From positions 1 through 64,000 of the forward strand of contig ADNK01000095.1 of the NCBI GenBank assembly GCA_000320545.1: DNA of 64,000 bases. Reading direction: 5' to 3'. Within the stretch, counting starts at the first letter, position 1; the number at the start of each line of letters is the position of its first letter. The notes under the pieces were generated by a model that saw only the letters and a program-made list of their open reading frames with translations, was not told where the DNA came from and did not search any database. A program made the position numbers and the translations under genes. Origin of the DNA: Bigelowiella natans CCMP2755 (taxonomy: Eukaryota > Protista > Cercozoa). This document shows positions 62,901-64,000 of the stretch, in pieces.

Positions 62901-64000
62901 TCTGGGAGATCCCTGGAATGTTTTCGATGCCGTTGTCGTCGTAATATCGTTCATTCCATCTGCAAATCAGGTATCTATTTAGTTGATCATGCAGGTGTAA
63001 TGGTGTAATATTTTTAGAAATATTTCTAATCCAGATATCAGGTCTAAGAACAATTCGATTGCTGAGAATCTTCAAGCTTTTCAACAACGTTCCAGAATTA
63101 AAAAGACTCATTGTGGTCATCATTGTATGTCTCTCACAGGTATCTACATAAGTCATCATGTTGTTCCAAACCTTACAATCTATCTTTAGGTGGGATATCT
63201 TATGCTCTTAGTATGGATATTTCTATTCATGTTCTCTATTCTGGGAGTTCAATTGTACGCTCAAACAGACTTTCCCGAGGATATAAGACCACGGTACACA
63301 GATAAACCGAGCTAAATAAAACAATATTTATATTATCGTGCAATTCTCAGATGGTCATTTGAAGATCTTTGGGCAGCAATACTAACGGTCTTCATGTGTG
63401 TAACGGGGGATTCATGGCCAGATGTCATGTGGGATTATACCAACCAATATTCCCGATCAACACCACTTTTCTTCGTTCTATTGGTTGTTCTGGGAGATTT
63501 CATGATTCTCAATCTATTTGTAGCTGTGTTGTTGGTGCAGTTCGAGAACGATGAGAAAGTCAAGGTATGAAAGAGATACGTCATAAAGAGATTTTTGTTT
63601 ACTTTCTCCTGTGTTCCTATCAGTATTCTATAGTCAGCGACGTCGCAAGGGAGGAGATGTACAAGGGCTCTACTCCAGGATTGGTATTTGCTGAGCAGAC
63701 GAAAACACTTGATCGTGATAAACAACGTAAGTCTCATGAACAAGAGATGAAAAGGGTCCAATACAACTACTACACCGAGGAGCGGAAGATAAAGAAAACT
63801 AAGAAAAAAAAAAAGTTATTCCTGGCAGCAAACGTAAAACATTCAGGGCTATAGATTCTACGGAAACGAAAGGAACAGCAGGCGTACACCAGACTACTGC
63901 AACTAGAATCGAGAGCAAACACTCAGCAGGAGACCTAAAGAATGGCACTTTGATAAACTCAGTGAATACCCAGGACACCGGTAGCGGTGTAGGTGTTGTA
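59901..64000 (+). CDS. Voltage-gated Ca/Na-type cation channel alpha subunit, domains I-II (runs off window); contains apparent frameshifts
   Basis: Domain I: [44 protein letters not shown]4 [15 protein letters not shown], pore [20 protein letters not shown]. Domain II: [12 protein letters not shown]4 [11 protein letters not shown], pore [16 protein letters not shown]. Short GT-AG introns plus one GC-AG intron. Confidence 0.9.

Overview
This window is eukaryotic nuclear DNA, not prokaryotic. It is gene-dense and very intron-rich, and most introns left of ~50.5 kb are filled with microsatellites, which account for most of the ORF track. Two genes have signal-peptide plus transit-peptide-like leaders, and one of them resembles a plant/cyanobacterial plastid membrane protein. 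This suggests an alga with a complex plastid, possibly a chlorarachniophyte (inference). Manual splicing recovers about 12 protein genes: a TPR protein, a PAC2-fold-like protein, a plastid membrane protein, a multicopper oxidase, a hypothetical protein, a DxD glycosyltransferase-like protein, a methyltransferase-like protein, a TDA3/DAO-family FAD oxidoreductase, a Pro/Thr-rich surface protein, a YjjX-type ITPase/XTPase, a GT47 exostosin, and the 5' half of a voltage-gated cation channel. There is also one tRNA-Leu(CAG). A complete, very young Ty3/Gypsy-order LTR retrotransposon occupies 53722-59437, with identical 326-bp LTRs and a 4-bp TSD. Top observations: (1) its polyprotein ends, where a chromodomain would sit, in a domain patterned like the Dam-like adenine methyltransferase of DIRS elements but with a degenerate catalytic motif, and its integrase has DD27E spacing. 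(2) Several intergenic islands are almost free of TpA, with the remainder mostly in CTAG, suggesting a region-specific TpA->TpG/CpA process, and the retrotransposon sits inside such an island. All gene models and family calls were made by eye and need HMM and RNA-seq confirmation.
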